The notes under the pieces are model-generated. The model searched no databases. It was not told where the DNA came from and saw only the letters and a list, made by a program, of their open reading frames with translations. DNA of 64,000 bases from Chthoniobacter sp. (GTDB lineage: Bacteria > Verrucomicrobiota > Verrucomicrobiia > Chthoniobacterales > Chthoniobacteraceae). Below, one piece after another: positions 45,218 to 53,423 of the stretch. Positions within the stretch are counted from its first letter, which is position 1, and each line of letters starts with the position of its first letter. Both the position numbers and the translations under genes were made by a program. The stretch is taken from NCBI GenBank assembly GCA_031424395.1, contig JANPHJ010000096.1:969-64968 (forward strand), read 5' to 3'.

Positions 45218-48200
45218 CTACTCCGCTGCTAAAACTCGCGCTCGATCCGGTCGTTCGTCGGCATCGCCTGCAGCGCACGTTGGCCGCAACGGCGCTTGGG
45301 ATGCTCGGGCTGCTTCTCGCAGCCGTGTTCTTACGGGTCAGCCACTCCGACTACCAGTTGGATGGAGTCGTCATCATCCTCGCGACGCTGCTGATCTGGC
45401 TCGCCGCCAAACACATTGCGAGCCGGTGGCTGCCTGATTACCGAGGAATCGCGCGCCGGATCGAAGTGCAGCATCCTGATCTGCACGCGCTGCTACTGAC
45501 TGCGGTAGAGCAACGCCCCGACCGTGAAACTCTCCGGCTCAACTTTCTCCAACAACGCATCGTGGCTGGGGCTGCGGCGAAAGCCCGCAGTCAAAACTGG
45601 CTGGATGCCGTCCCACGCTGGCGGGTGGCGGGACTCGGCGCGGTCGCAATCGCAGCATTTTTGGCTGCATACATCCCCGCTCTCAAAATCACTGGGACCG
45701 TAGTGAAATCGCCAGCTATCCGCCGCGGGGAGGCCGTGGAAATCACCCCCGGCGACGTGTCGCTCGAACGCGGCTCCGGGTTGATCGTGCTGGCGAAGTT
45801 CAATCGCGACGTGCCCGGCGCGGCGACGCTCGTGCTTCAGCCAAAGAACGAGCCTGAGCAGCGGATGCCGCTCGTGAAAAACCTCGACGATCCCGTCTTC
45901 GGCGCCGGGCTGCCGGAAGTGCAGGGCTACCTCAGCTACCGCATCGAATACGCGGGCGCGGCGACGCGCGATTTCACGGTGAAGGTCTTCGAGCATCCCC
46001 GCCTCGACCGCGCGGATGCGACGCTCCACTTCCCCGAATACACGAAGCTCCCCGACAAGACCGTGCCGGAAACGCGCCGCGTCAGCGCGGTCGAAGGCAC
46101 GAAGCTCGACGTGGCCTTTGCGCTCAACAAGCCGGTCAAATCCGCGACGCTCGTGGCGAAGGACGGCACGCGCATCCCGCTCGCCGTGCAAGCAGGCAAG
46201 CCGCTCGCCGAGCTGCGCGACTTTCCGCTCAAGGTCAGCACGACCTACGAACTGAAGCTCGAAGACGAGGACGGGCGCGCGAACAAAGTGCCCGCACAGT
46301 TCATCGTCGAGGCGCTGAAAAACCGGCGGCCCGAGCTGAAATTCCAGACACCGAAAGGCGATCAGCGCGTGTCGCAGCTTGAGGAAGTCGCGTTTCGCGC
46401 GGAGGCGTGGGACGACTTCGGGATCGCGCGCTATGGGCTCACGATCAACGTCGCCGGCCGGGGCGCGACGGACATCGAACTCGGCCAGGCGACGCGGGCG
46501 GATGAAAAGCGCGAGGTGGCGCACTTGCTCAAGCTCGAAGAACTCGGCGTGAAGGTGGATGAACTCGTGTCGTGGTTTTTGTGGGCCGAGGACACCGGCC
46601 CGGACGGGCAGACACGCCGCACGGCGACCGACATGTTTTTTGCCGAGGTGCGGCCTTTCGAGGAAATCTACCGGCCCGGCGACGGAGCCGGCGGGGCTGG
46701 CGGACAAAGCCCCGCGGGCGGTGGCGCGGGCGAGGAGGAGACGAAGCTCGCGGAGCTGCAAAAGCAAATCGTCACCGCGACATGGAATTTGCAACGCACC
46801 GAGGAGGCGAACCCGGACGCGAAAGGGCTGAGCGAGAAGTATCGCAAAGACGAGCCAGTGATTTTGGACTCGCAGGCGAAGGCGCTGGAGCAGGCGAAGG
46901 CGCTCGCGGAAAAAGCCGATGACCCGAAGGGCAAGGCGCTCGTGGAGGCGGCGGCGCAGGCGATGCAATCCGCGCACGACCATTTGACCAAAGCCGCCGA
47001 GACCGCCGCACCCCTGCCCGACGCGCTCGCCGCGGAACAGGCCGCATACAACGCGCTGCTCAAACTCGCGGCGCACGAATTCCGCGTGGTGCGCAACCAG
47101 CAGGCCAAGGGCAAGGGCAAGGGCGGAGGCAAGCAGCAGCAGCAGCTCGACGAGCTGGAAATGAAAGACGAGGAGAAGCGCTACGAAACCAAGAGCGAGG
47201 CCCAGCCGCAGGAGGCCGAGCAGCAGCAGCGCGATCAGCTCGCCGTTTTGAACCGGCTGAAGGAACTCGCGCAGCGGCAGAACGACATCAACGAGCGGGT
47301 GAAGGAACTCCAGACCGCGCTCCAGGAAGCGAAGACCGAGCAGCAGAAGGAGGAGTTGAAGCGCCAGCTCCAGCGTTTGCGCGAGGAAGAGCAGCAGCTT
47401 GTCGCCGACCTCGATGAGACGCGGCAGAAGATGGAGCAGTCGTCGCAACAGGCGCAGCTCGCGGCCCAGCGGCAGCAGCTCGACAAGACGCGCGCCGAGG
47501 CGCAGAAAGCAGCGGAGGCGATGCAGCAGGGTGCGCCGTCACAGGCACTCGCCAGCGGCACGCGGACGGCGAATGATTTGCAGGCGATGCGCGATGAGTT
47601 TCGGAAGAAGACGAGCGGGCAGTTCAAGGACGAGATGCGCGATATGCGCGCCGACGCCCGTGCGCTGGCCGAGCGTCAGCAGGAGATCGCCGACAAACTC
47701 CAGGCCAAGCCCGCGCAGACCGAGCGCCCCACGCTCGACGGCTCGGGCGAGCGCGAAAAACTCGCGGAGAAATTTACCAAACAGCAGGGCGATCTCGGCA
47801 AGCTGACCGAGCAAATGCAGCGCGTGAGCGAGCAGGCGGAAGCCGCCGAGCCGCTGCTCGCGAAGGAGCTTTACGACACGCTCCGCAAGACTGCGCACGC
47901 CGGCACCGGCGACACGCTGGAGAAAACGCAGAAGCTCGCGTCGGCCGGTTACGCGAAGGAGGCGCGGAAGTTTGAGGAAAAGGCGCGGCAGGAAATCGAG
48001 GATCTCAAAACCGGCGTCGAGCGCGCCGCCGACAGCGTGCTCGGCGACGAAGCCGAAGCGCTCCGCCAAGCCCGCGCCGAACTCGACGCCGCGAGCGCGC
48101 AGCTCAACCGCGAGCTCGCGGCCGCGCGTCCCGATTTGACGCAAAGCGCCGGTGCGGAAAATCCGGGGAGCGCACGCGTCCCGCCATCGCGCACTTCCGG

Positions 48201-48978
48201 CGACGCGGCCGAGGGTGAGGGCGCGAATGGCGAGGCGACGCCGCTGGAAGTTCGTCCCGGCGAGACGCCGGGACCGGCAGGCGGGACGCCCACGCTCCCC
48301 GGCGCTCCGCAGCCGCGCGGAGAGAAAGGCGACGCTACCTCCGCAGCACCAGGCGATGGGACGAAACCGGGTGACTCACAAGGCAAAGGCGAGGGTCAGG
48401 GCAAGGGTGAAGGTCAGGGACAAGGCCAAGCTCAGGGGCAAGGTCAGGGCCAAGGTCAGGGGCAGGGCTTGGGCGGTGGGCAGCCCAGTCCGACCGTTCA
48501 GAATGCCAATCCCACGGGACAGCCCGGCGGGCGGGCGACGCTCTCGGGCAACACGCCGCGGCAGCGCGGCGGCATTCGCGGTGGAAGCGAGGGCGGTGGC
48601 ACGAACGGTGGCGGCTCCGAGGGCGAGCAAGCCGGGCCGCTCACCGGCGACAATTTTACCGAATGGTCCGACCGGCTGCGCAACGTCGAAGAGATGGTGG
48701 ATTCGCCCGAAATCCGCACCGAGGTCGCGCGCGTCCGCGAAGCGGCGCAGGCGGTGCGCGCGGAGTTCAAGCGGCATAGCGTGAAGCCGGATTGGGATTT
48801 GGTGAACACGAAGATCAGCGCGCCGCTCACCGAGGTGCGCAACCGTCTGACCGAAGAACTCGCCCGCCGCGAATCGAAGGAAAACCTCGTGCCCATCGAC
48901 CGCGATCCGGTGCCGGTGAAATACGCCGAACGCGTGCGGCGTTACTACGAAGAGTTGGGGCGGAGCGCGGAGAAATGA
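45214..48978 (+). CDS. 1254-aa membrane-anchored protein with a long Q/E/K-rich coiled-coil region and G/Q/P-rich low-complexity region
   Basis: N-terminal TM segments. Beta-rich middle. Heptad-like QQ/EE/KK region. GKGEGQGQGQ repeat. Conserved-looking C-terminal tail (PVPVKYAERVRRYYEELG). ATGA overlap with the upstream gene. Confidence 0.7.
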   Translation: MTTPLLKLALDPVVRRHRLQRTLAATALGMLGLLLAAVFLRVSHSDYQLDGVVIILATLLIWLAAKHIASRWLPDYRGIARRIEVQHPDLHALLLTAVEQRPDRETLRLNFLQQRIVAGAAAKARSQNWLDAVPRWRVAGLGAVAIAAFLAAYIPALKITGTVVKSPAIRRGEAVEITPGDVSLERGSGLIVLAKFNRDVPGAATLVLQPKNEPEQRMPLVKNLDDPVFGAGLPEVQGYLSYRIEYAGAATRDFTVKVFEHPRLDRADATLHFPEYTKLPDKTVPETRRVSAVEGTKLDVAFALNKPVKSATLVAKDGTRIPLAVQAGKPLAELRDFPLKVSTTYELKLEDEDGRANKVPAQFIVEALKNRRPELKFQTPKGDQRVSQLEEVAFRAEAWDDFGIARYGLTINVAGRGATDIELGQATRADEKREVAHLLKLEELGVKVDELVSWFLWAEDTGPDGQTRRTATDMFFAEVRPFEEIYRPGDGAGGAGGQSPAGGGAGEEETKLAELQKQIVTATWNLQRTEEANPDAKGLSEKYRKDEPVILDSQAKALEQAKALAEKADDPKGKALVEAAAQAMQSAHDHLTKAAETAAPLPDALAAEQAAYNALLKLAAHEFRVVRNQQAKGKGKGGGKQQQQLDELEMKDEEKRYETKSEAQPQEAEQQQRDQLAVLNRLKELAQRQNDINERVKELQTALQEAKTEQQKEELKRQLQRLREEEQQLVADLDETRQKMEQSSQQAQLAAQRQQLDKTRAEAQKAAEAMQQGAPSQALASGTRTANDLQAMRDEFRKKTSGQFKDEMRDMRADARALAERQQEIADKLQAKPAQTERPTLDGSGEREKLAEKFTKQQGDLGKLTEQMQRVSEQAEAAEPLLAKELYDTLRKTAHAGTGDTLEKTQKLASAGYAKEARKFEEKARQEIEDLKTGVERAADSVLGDEAEALRQARAELDAASAQLNRELAAARPDLTQSAGAENPGSARVPPSRTSGDAAEGEGANGEATPLEVRPGETPGPAGGTPTLPGAPQPRGEKGDATSAAPGDGTKPGDSQGKGEGQGKGEGQGQGQAQGQGQGQGQGQGLGGGQPSPTVQNANPTGQPGGRATLSGNTPRQRGGIRGGSEGGGTNGGGSEGEQAGPLTGDNFTEWSDRLRNVEEMVDSPEIRTEVARVREAAQAVRAEFKRHSVKPDWDLVNTKISAPLTEVRNRLTEELARRESKENLVPIDRDPVPVKYAERVRRYYEELGRSAEK
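48378..48480 (+). repeat. imperfect hexanucleotide (GGN-CAR) tandem repeat encoding the (G-Q/K/E)n tract
   Basis: CAAGGCAAAGGCGAGGGTCAGGGCAAGGGTGAAGGTCAGGGACAAGGCCAAGCTCAGGGGCAAGGTCAGGGCCAAGGTCAGGGGCAGGGC... Confidence 0.8.
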
Positions 48979-49010
48979 TCGGCGAATGATCCGCGCTTCC
49001 CCCCCCACAT

Positions 49011-49192
49011 GTCATTCTGAGCGGAGTTCCCGGCGGGCGCAGGCGGGCGGGAACGCAGTCGAAGAACCTCTAACTTTTAGCGGGCGGAGGCGGCAGGCAG
49101 GCGAACGCTCCGCACCGCCTCCGCCCGCTGAAGTCAGAGGTCCTTCGACTCCGCTTCGCCCACCGTTCCGTCTCCGCTTCGCTCAGGATGAC
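49011..49192. repeat. 182-bp MITE-like inverted repeat inside the operon's only long intercistronic gap
   Basis: GTCATTCTGAGCG...AGTCGAAGAACCTCTAACTTTTAGCGGGCGGAGGCGG pairs with CCGCCTCCGCCCGCTGAAGTCAGAGGTCCTTCGACT...CGCTCAGGATGAC. Shares GGGCGGAGGCGGCAGG with 30930-30945. Confidence 0.8.
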
Positions 49193-49227
49193 AGTTGTGA
49201 GGATGGCTGGCGCAGAGCCGCACGCCC

Positions 49228-51588
49228 ATGAGCATTGGCACACTTTTCCTCGCGGGTCGGGACTGGCTCTGGCCGGCGGTCGGCGCGTTGTGCGCCGCGT
49301 TCGTTTTTGTCGCTTGGTCGTATCTCCGCGCGCCGGCGCGCACGCTGCTGCGGCTGGGGTGTGCGATTTTGAAAATGTCCGGTCTCGCCGCGCTGCTCGC
49401 ATGCCTGCTGGAGCCGACGCTCTCCGGCCAGCGGGCAAAGCCGGGCGCGAACGTGCTCGCGGTCGTTGCCGACAATTCGCTGAGCATGACGCTGCACGAT
49501 GCCGGCGCGAATGAGTCGCGCGGGGAGACGCTGCGCAGCGTCGTCGCCGGGGCGCGGAGCGACTGGCGCACGCCGCTCGCGGAGAATTTCGACGTGCGCA
49601 ATTATCTCGCCGACGCCCGCCTCCAGCCGACGCAGGATTTCCGCGAACTCGCCTTTGACGGACGCACCACCGCCCTCGGCCACACCCTCGCGCAACTCGC
49701 CGAACGCTACCGCGGACAGCCGCTCGCCGGCATCATCCTGCTGACCGACGGCATCGTGTCCGATCCGGGCGAAGCCTTGTCCCTGCAAGGTTTGCCGCCG
49801 ATCTATCCCGTCGTCATCGGACGCGAAGGACCGGAGCGCGACCTCGCGGTGACGAGCACGGCGGTCACGCAAACATCGTTCGAGGACGCGCCCGTGACGG
49901 TGTTGGCGGAGGTCGCAGCGAACGGTTTTGCCGGCGAGGAAATCGTCGCGCAACTCCTGCCGATTGACGCCGGGAAAAGCGGGGAAACCGTGAAGCCTGT
50001 CGCCGAGCTGACGCAGACCGTGCCGAGGGAAGGCGGCAAGTTGACCTGCCGGTTTCAATTTCGCCCGGCGCAGACCGGCGTGCTTTTCTACCGCCTCGTC
50101 GTTTCGCCGAAAAATCCCGGGGCCGCGGAGGCGACGCTGGCGAATAACGAAACCGTGGTGGTCGTGGATCGCGGCGCGGGGCCGCATCGCGTCCTCTACG
50201 TGAGCGGGCGGCCAAATTGGGAATACAAATTCCTGCACCGCGCGGTGGAGGGCGACGACCAGACGCAGCTCGTCGGGCTCATCCGCATCGCGAATCGCGA
50301 GCCGAAGTTTTCCTTCCGCGGACGCGCGGGCGAGGACAGCAATCCGCTGTTCCGCGGCTTCGGCGACCAGTCGATGGAAAACGTGGAGCGCTACGATCAG
50401 CCGGTGTTTGTGCGGCTCGGGACGGAGGATGAATTCGAGCTGCGCGGCGGCTTTCCGAAGACTGCAGAGGAGCTGTTCAAATACCGCGCGGTGATCCTCG
50501 ACGACACGGAGGCGGAGTTTTTTACCGCTGAGCAGAGGAGCCTGCTCCAGCGCTTTGTCAGCGAGCGCGGCGGCGGCTTGCTCGCGCTCGGGGGGGCGGA
50601 ATCGTTTCGCGAAGGGCGCTACGCGCGGACGGCGATCGGCGACATGCTGCCGATTTATTTGCGGGGCGCGGAGACGGCGGCGGACCGAAATTTGGAGCCG
50701 GGCGCGTTTCGGCTGGCGCTGACACGCGAAGGTTGGTTGCAGCCGTGGGCGCGGTTGCGGGCAAATGAGGCGGATGAACGCGCGCGGCTCGCGGCGCAGC
50801 CGGGCTTCGATGTGCTCAACCACGCGGGCGAACCGAAACCGGCGGCGACGGTGGTGGCGACCGTGACGGACGGGCAGCACGAGTATCCGGCGCTGGTCAC
50901 GCAGCGCTTTGGGCGCGGGCGCACGGCGGCGCTGCTCGTGGGCGATCTGTGGCAGTCGGGGCTGGGCGATGAGGCGCGGCAGGCGGACTTGATGAAAGCG
51001 TGGCGGCAGATGGTGCGGTGGCTGGTCGCCGACGTGCCGCCCGCCATCGAAGTCCGCAGCGAACCGCAGCCCGACGGCGTGAGCGTGCGGCTGCAAGTGC
51101 GCGCGCGGGATGCAAAGTTTCAGCCGCTCGAAAACGCGACCGTCGCTTTGAAGGTCACGCGTGCCGGAGCGGCGGACGCCGCACCGCTCACGCTCACCGC
51201 CGAGGCTTCGGCGAGTGAGCCGGGGTTCTACGAAACGACTTACATCCCGCGCGAAAACGGCGGCTATCGCGTGGACGCCGCGGTGCTCAATGACTCCGGC
51301 GCAGCCGCCGGAACCGCCGCGACCGGCTGGAGGAGCGACCTCGCGGCGGCGGAGTTTCGCGACTTGAAACCGAACCGCGCACTCATGGAGCAGCTTGCAC
51401 GGCAGACCGGCGGCGAAGTGCTCGCCGCGGATGATCTCGCCGCCTTCGCCCGCCGCCTGCCGACCAAGCGCGCACCCGTGACCGAGACGTGGACGCGCCC
51501 GCTGTGGCACACGCCGTGGATGATGCTTTTCGCGCTCGCGTGCCTGATCGGCGAATGGGGCCTGCGGCGCTGGAAAGGACTCGCATGA
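49228..51588 (+). CDS. membrane protein with a VWA-like domain and a glutamine-amidotransferase-like (DUF1355-type) region
   Basis: N-terminal TM segments. MIDAS-like ADNSLSM and LLTDG. RVLYVSGRPNWEYKFL is typical of PVC 'membrane GATase-like' proteins. C-terminal TM segment WMMLFALACLIGEW. Confidence 0.7.
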   Translation: MSIGTLFLAGRDWLWPAVGALCAAFVFVAWSYLRAPARTLLRLGCAILKMSGLAALLACLLEPTLSGQRAKPGANVLAVVADNSLSMTLHDAGANESRGETLRSVVAGARSDWRTPLAENFDVRNYLADARLQPTQDFRELAFDGRTTALGHTLAQLAERYRGQPLAGIILLTDGIVSDPGEALSLQGLPPIYPVVIGREGPERDLAVTSTAVTQTSFEDAPVTVLAEVAANGFAGEEIVAQLLPIDAGKSGETVKPVAELTQTVPREGGKLTCRFQFRPAQTGVLFYRLVVSPKNPGAAEATLANNETVVVVDRGAGPHRVLYVSGRPNWEYKFLHRAVEGDDQTQLVGLIRIANREPKFSFRGRAGEDSNPLFRGFGDQSMENVERYDQPVFVRLGTEDEFELRGGFPKTAEELFKYRAVILDDTEAEFFTAEQRSLLQRFVSERGGGLLALGGAESFREGRYARTAIGDMLPIYLRGAETAADRNLEPGAFRLALTREGWLQPWARLRANEADERARLAAQPGFDVLNHAGEPKPAATVVATVTDGQHEYPALVTQRFGRGRTAALLVGDLWQSGLGDEARQADLMKAWRQMVRWLVADVPPAIEVRSEPQPDGVSVRLQVRARDAKFQPLENATVALKVTRAGAADAAPLTLTAEASASEPGFYETTYIPRENGGYRVDAAVLNDSGAAAGTAATGWRSDLAAAEFRDLKPNRALMEQLARQTGGEVLAADDLAAFARRLPTKRAPVTETWTRPLWHTPWMMLFALACLIGEWGLRRWKGLA

Positions 51589-52625
51589 AGACTGGGGAAA
51601 CAACGTCCAACGTCCAACGTTCGACGTTCAACGTTAAACGCGGAAGCCTCGGGACGCGCGTCTTCCGCTGCCTTGAACGTTGGACGTTGGACGTTGGACG
51701 TTGGACGTTGCTCTGCCTCCTCATCGGCCTCGCGCGGGCAGATCAATCCGTCATTATCGCCGTCGGGGCGAGCGGCGAGGAGGCGTATGCGGATGATTTT
51801 GCGAAGTGGGCGGCGCATTGGCAGAAGGCCGGCGCGGCGGGCAATGCCAAGGTGCAGACCATCGGTGCGGGCGCGGAGGAAAAAGATGCGCTGGCGCGTT
51901 TGGGCGCGGCGGTGGCGGCGGAAGCGAAGGACGGAACAGACCCGCTCTGGCTGGTGCTGCTGGGGCACGGGACGTTTGACGGGCGCGACGGGAAGTTCAA
52001 TTTGCGCGGCGACGACATCGCGGCATCGGAAGTCGCGGCGTGGCTGAAGCCGTGTGCGCGGCCGGTCGTGATCGTGTGCGGCTTTTCGGCGAGCGGCGCG
52101 TTTCTCAAGCCGCTCTCCGCGCCGGGACGCGTGGTCGTGACGGCGACAAAGAGCGGCGCGGAAAACAACTTCGCGCGCTTCGGCGGATACTTCGCGGAAG
52201 CGGTCGCCGATCCTGCCGCCGATCTCGATCACGATGGGCAGACTTCCGTGCTCGAAGCCTGGCTCGCCGCCAGCCAGCGCACCGCGGAGTTTTACAAAAC
52301 GGAAGGCCGCATCGCCACCGAGCACGCGCTGCTCGACGACAATGGCGACGGCCTCGGCACGTCGCCCGAGTGGTACGAGGGTCTGCGCGTGGTCAAAAAA
52401 TCAAAGGACGGCAAACCGCCCGACGGTCTGCGTGCCAGGCAGCTCGTGCTCGTGTCCAATGCCGCCGAGCGCGCGCTTTCGCCGGAACTCCGCGTGCAGC
52501 GCGATGCGCTCGAATCCGAGCTGGCCAAGCTGCGCGAGGCCAGCGCGGCGCTGCCGGAGAAGGAATACTTCGCGCAACTCGAGGCACTGCTGCTGCGGAT
52601 TGCGCGGCTTTATCCGCGGCACTGA
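51585..52625 (+). CDS. putative caspase/legumain-fold (C13-like) protein with a coiled-coil tail
   Basis: LWLVLLGHGTFDG (His-Gly) and VVIVCGFSASGAF (Cys) in alternating beta/alpha context. DLDHDGQTSVLEAW is a Ca-loop-like motif. The ATG overlaps the upstream stop (ATGA). An alternative TTG start at 51708 would exclude repeat J. Confidence 0.5.
   Translation: MKTGETTSNVQRSTFNVKRGSLGTRVFRCLERWTLDVGRWTLLCLLIGLARADQSVIIAVGASGEEAYADDFAKWAAHWQKAGAAGNAKVQTIGAGAEEKDALARLGAAVAAEAKDGTDPLWLVLLGHGTFDGRDGKFNLRGDDIAASEVAAWLKPCARPVVIVCGFSASGAFLKPLSAPGRVVVTATKSGAENNFARFGGYFAEAVADPAADLDHDGQTSVLEAWLAASQRTAEFYKTEGRIATEHALLDDNGDGLGTSPEWYEGLRVVKKSKDGKPPDGLRARQLVLVSNAAERALSPELRVQRDALESELAKLREASAALPEKEYFAQLEALLLRIARLYPRH
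51601..51710. repeat. hairpin repeat element J (CAACGTC / TGGACGT heptamers x4)
   Basis: CAACGTCCAACGTCCAACGTTCGACGTTCAACGTT ... GAACGTTGGACGTTGGACGTTGGACGTTGGACGTTG, with an inner stem GCGGAAG/CTTCCGC. Confidence 0.85.
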
Positions 52626-52695
52626 GCCGCGCGCTGGGTGAATTGCGGCAGAGCGGTTGGCCGGGCGGACTTGCGCAGGCGGGTCGCCTGCGCCA

Positions 52696-53370
52696 CTACA
52701 CCGCGGGCGTGAAGCCCATGACGATGTCGAAGCGGGCGGCGAGTTCGCCGGCTTTGGTGTCTTTGAGCGGGGCGAAATCTATGGTCACGGATTCGCGCTG
52801 TTTTTCATCGCGGATGCCGCGCCAGACGCCGTCCTTTTCGTTGCTCGCCTCGCCTTTGATGTAGCACTGCGTCGTCCATTTTTCGCGACCCTTCATTTTG
52901 ATCGCGTAATGGATGTGCGGGCAGCGGCCCGGATACGAGACGGGCTTGATCGTGCGGAAAAGATACTCGCCAGTGCTGCCGGTAACGAAGCGGCCAAAGC
53001 CTTGAAAATTAGTGTCGCGCTTGTCGGCGTTGCCGGTGCGGCTGTGGAGATAGGAGCCGCCGTGATCGCACTGCCAGATTTCCACGGTGGCGTTGCGAAT
53101 CGGTGCGCCGCTGGCGTCGAGGATGCGTCCGCTGAGGTAGGTGATTTCGCCGACGGCGGGCGTGAGGCTGTCGTTGACGGCAATGAGGTCGTTGTCGGTG
53201 TCGAGCGGCAGATGGTCGGGGTAAAACGGCCCCTCAGTTTGCGGCGGCGTGCGGAGGAGTTCCTCGGCGAAAGCGCCGGGCGTGGCGAAGAGCGCGAGCG
53301 CGAGGCCGCTGCGGGTGAGGAAGCGGCGGCGGTCGAAGGAATGCAGCAGGAGGATCGGGGAGGTTTTCAT
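52696..53370 (-). CDS. intradiol ring-cleavage dioxygenase-like protein with a Tat signal
   Basis: RRRFLTRSGLALALFA is a twin-arginine signal. TEGPFYP, and the G.V.D..G.P...A.VEIWQ and HIHY motifs, match protocatechuate 3,4-dioxygenase beta-like folds. Confidence 0.75.
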   Translation of the reverse strand: MKTSPILLLHSFDRRRFLTRSGLALALFATPGAFAEELLRTPPQTEGPFYPDHLPLDTDNDLIAVNDSLTPAVGEITYLSGRILDASGAPIRNATVEIWQCDHGGSYLHSRTGNADKRDTNFQGFGRFVTGSTGEYLFRTIKPVSYPGRCPHIHYAIKMKGREKWTTQCYIKGEASNEKDGVWRGIRDEKQRESVTIDFAPLKDTKAGELAARFDIVMGFTPAV

Positions 53371-53423
53371 AGCTGAGAAAAGACTTCGTCTAAAACGGCG
53401 GGAAGGCGAAGAAGTTTCGGCGC

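Noticed and set aside
48378-48480. The Gly-rich tract as a collagen-like (G-X-Y) triple-helix repeat.
   Set aside because: The periodicity is Gly every second residue (G-Q/K/E dipeptides), not every third. It does not fit a collagen-like motif.
51601-51710. The tandem 7-nt units (also 31968..32048 and 39847..39923) as a CRISPR array or VNTR.
   Set aside because: The units are 7-9 nt with no spacers, and only 2-4 copies per arm, mirrored as an inverted repeat. There are no cas genes. The geometry is that of a hairpin element, not a CRISPR array.
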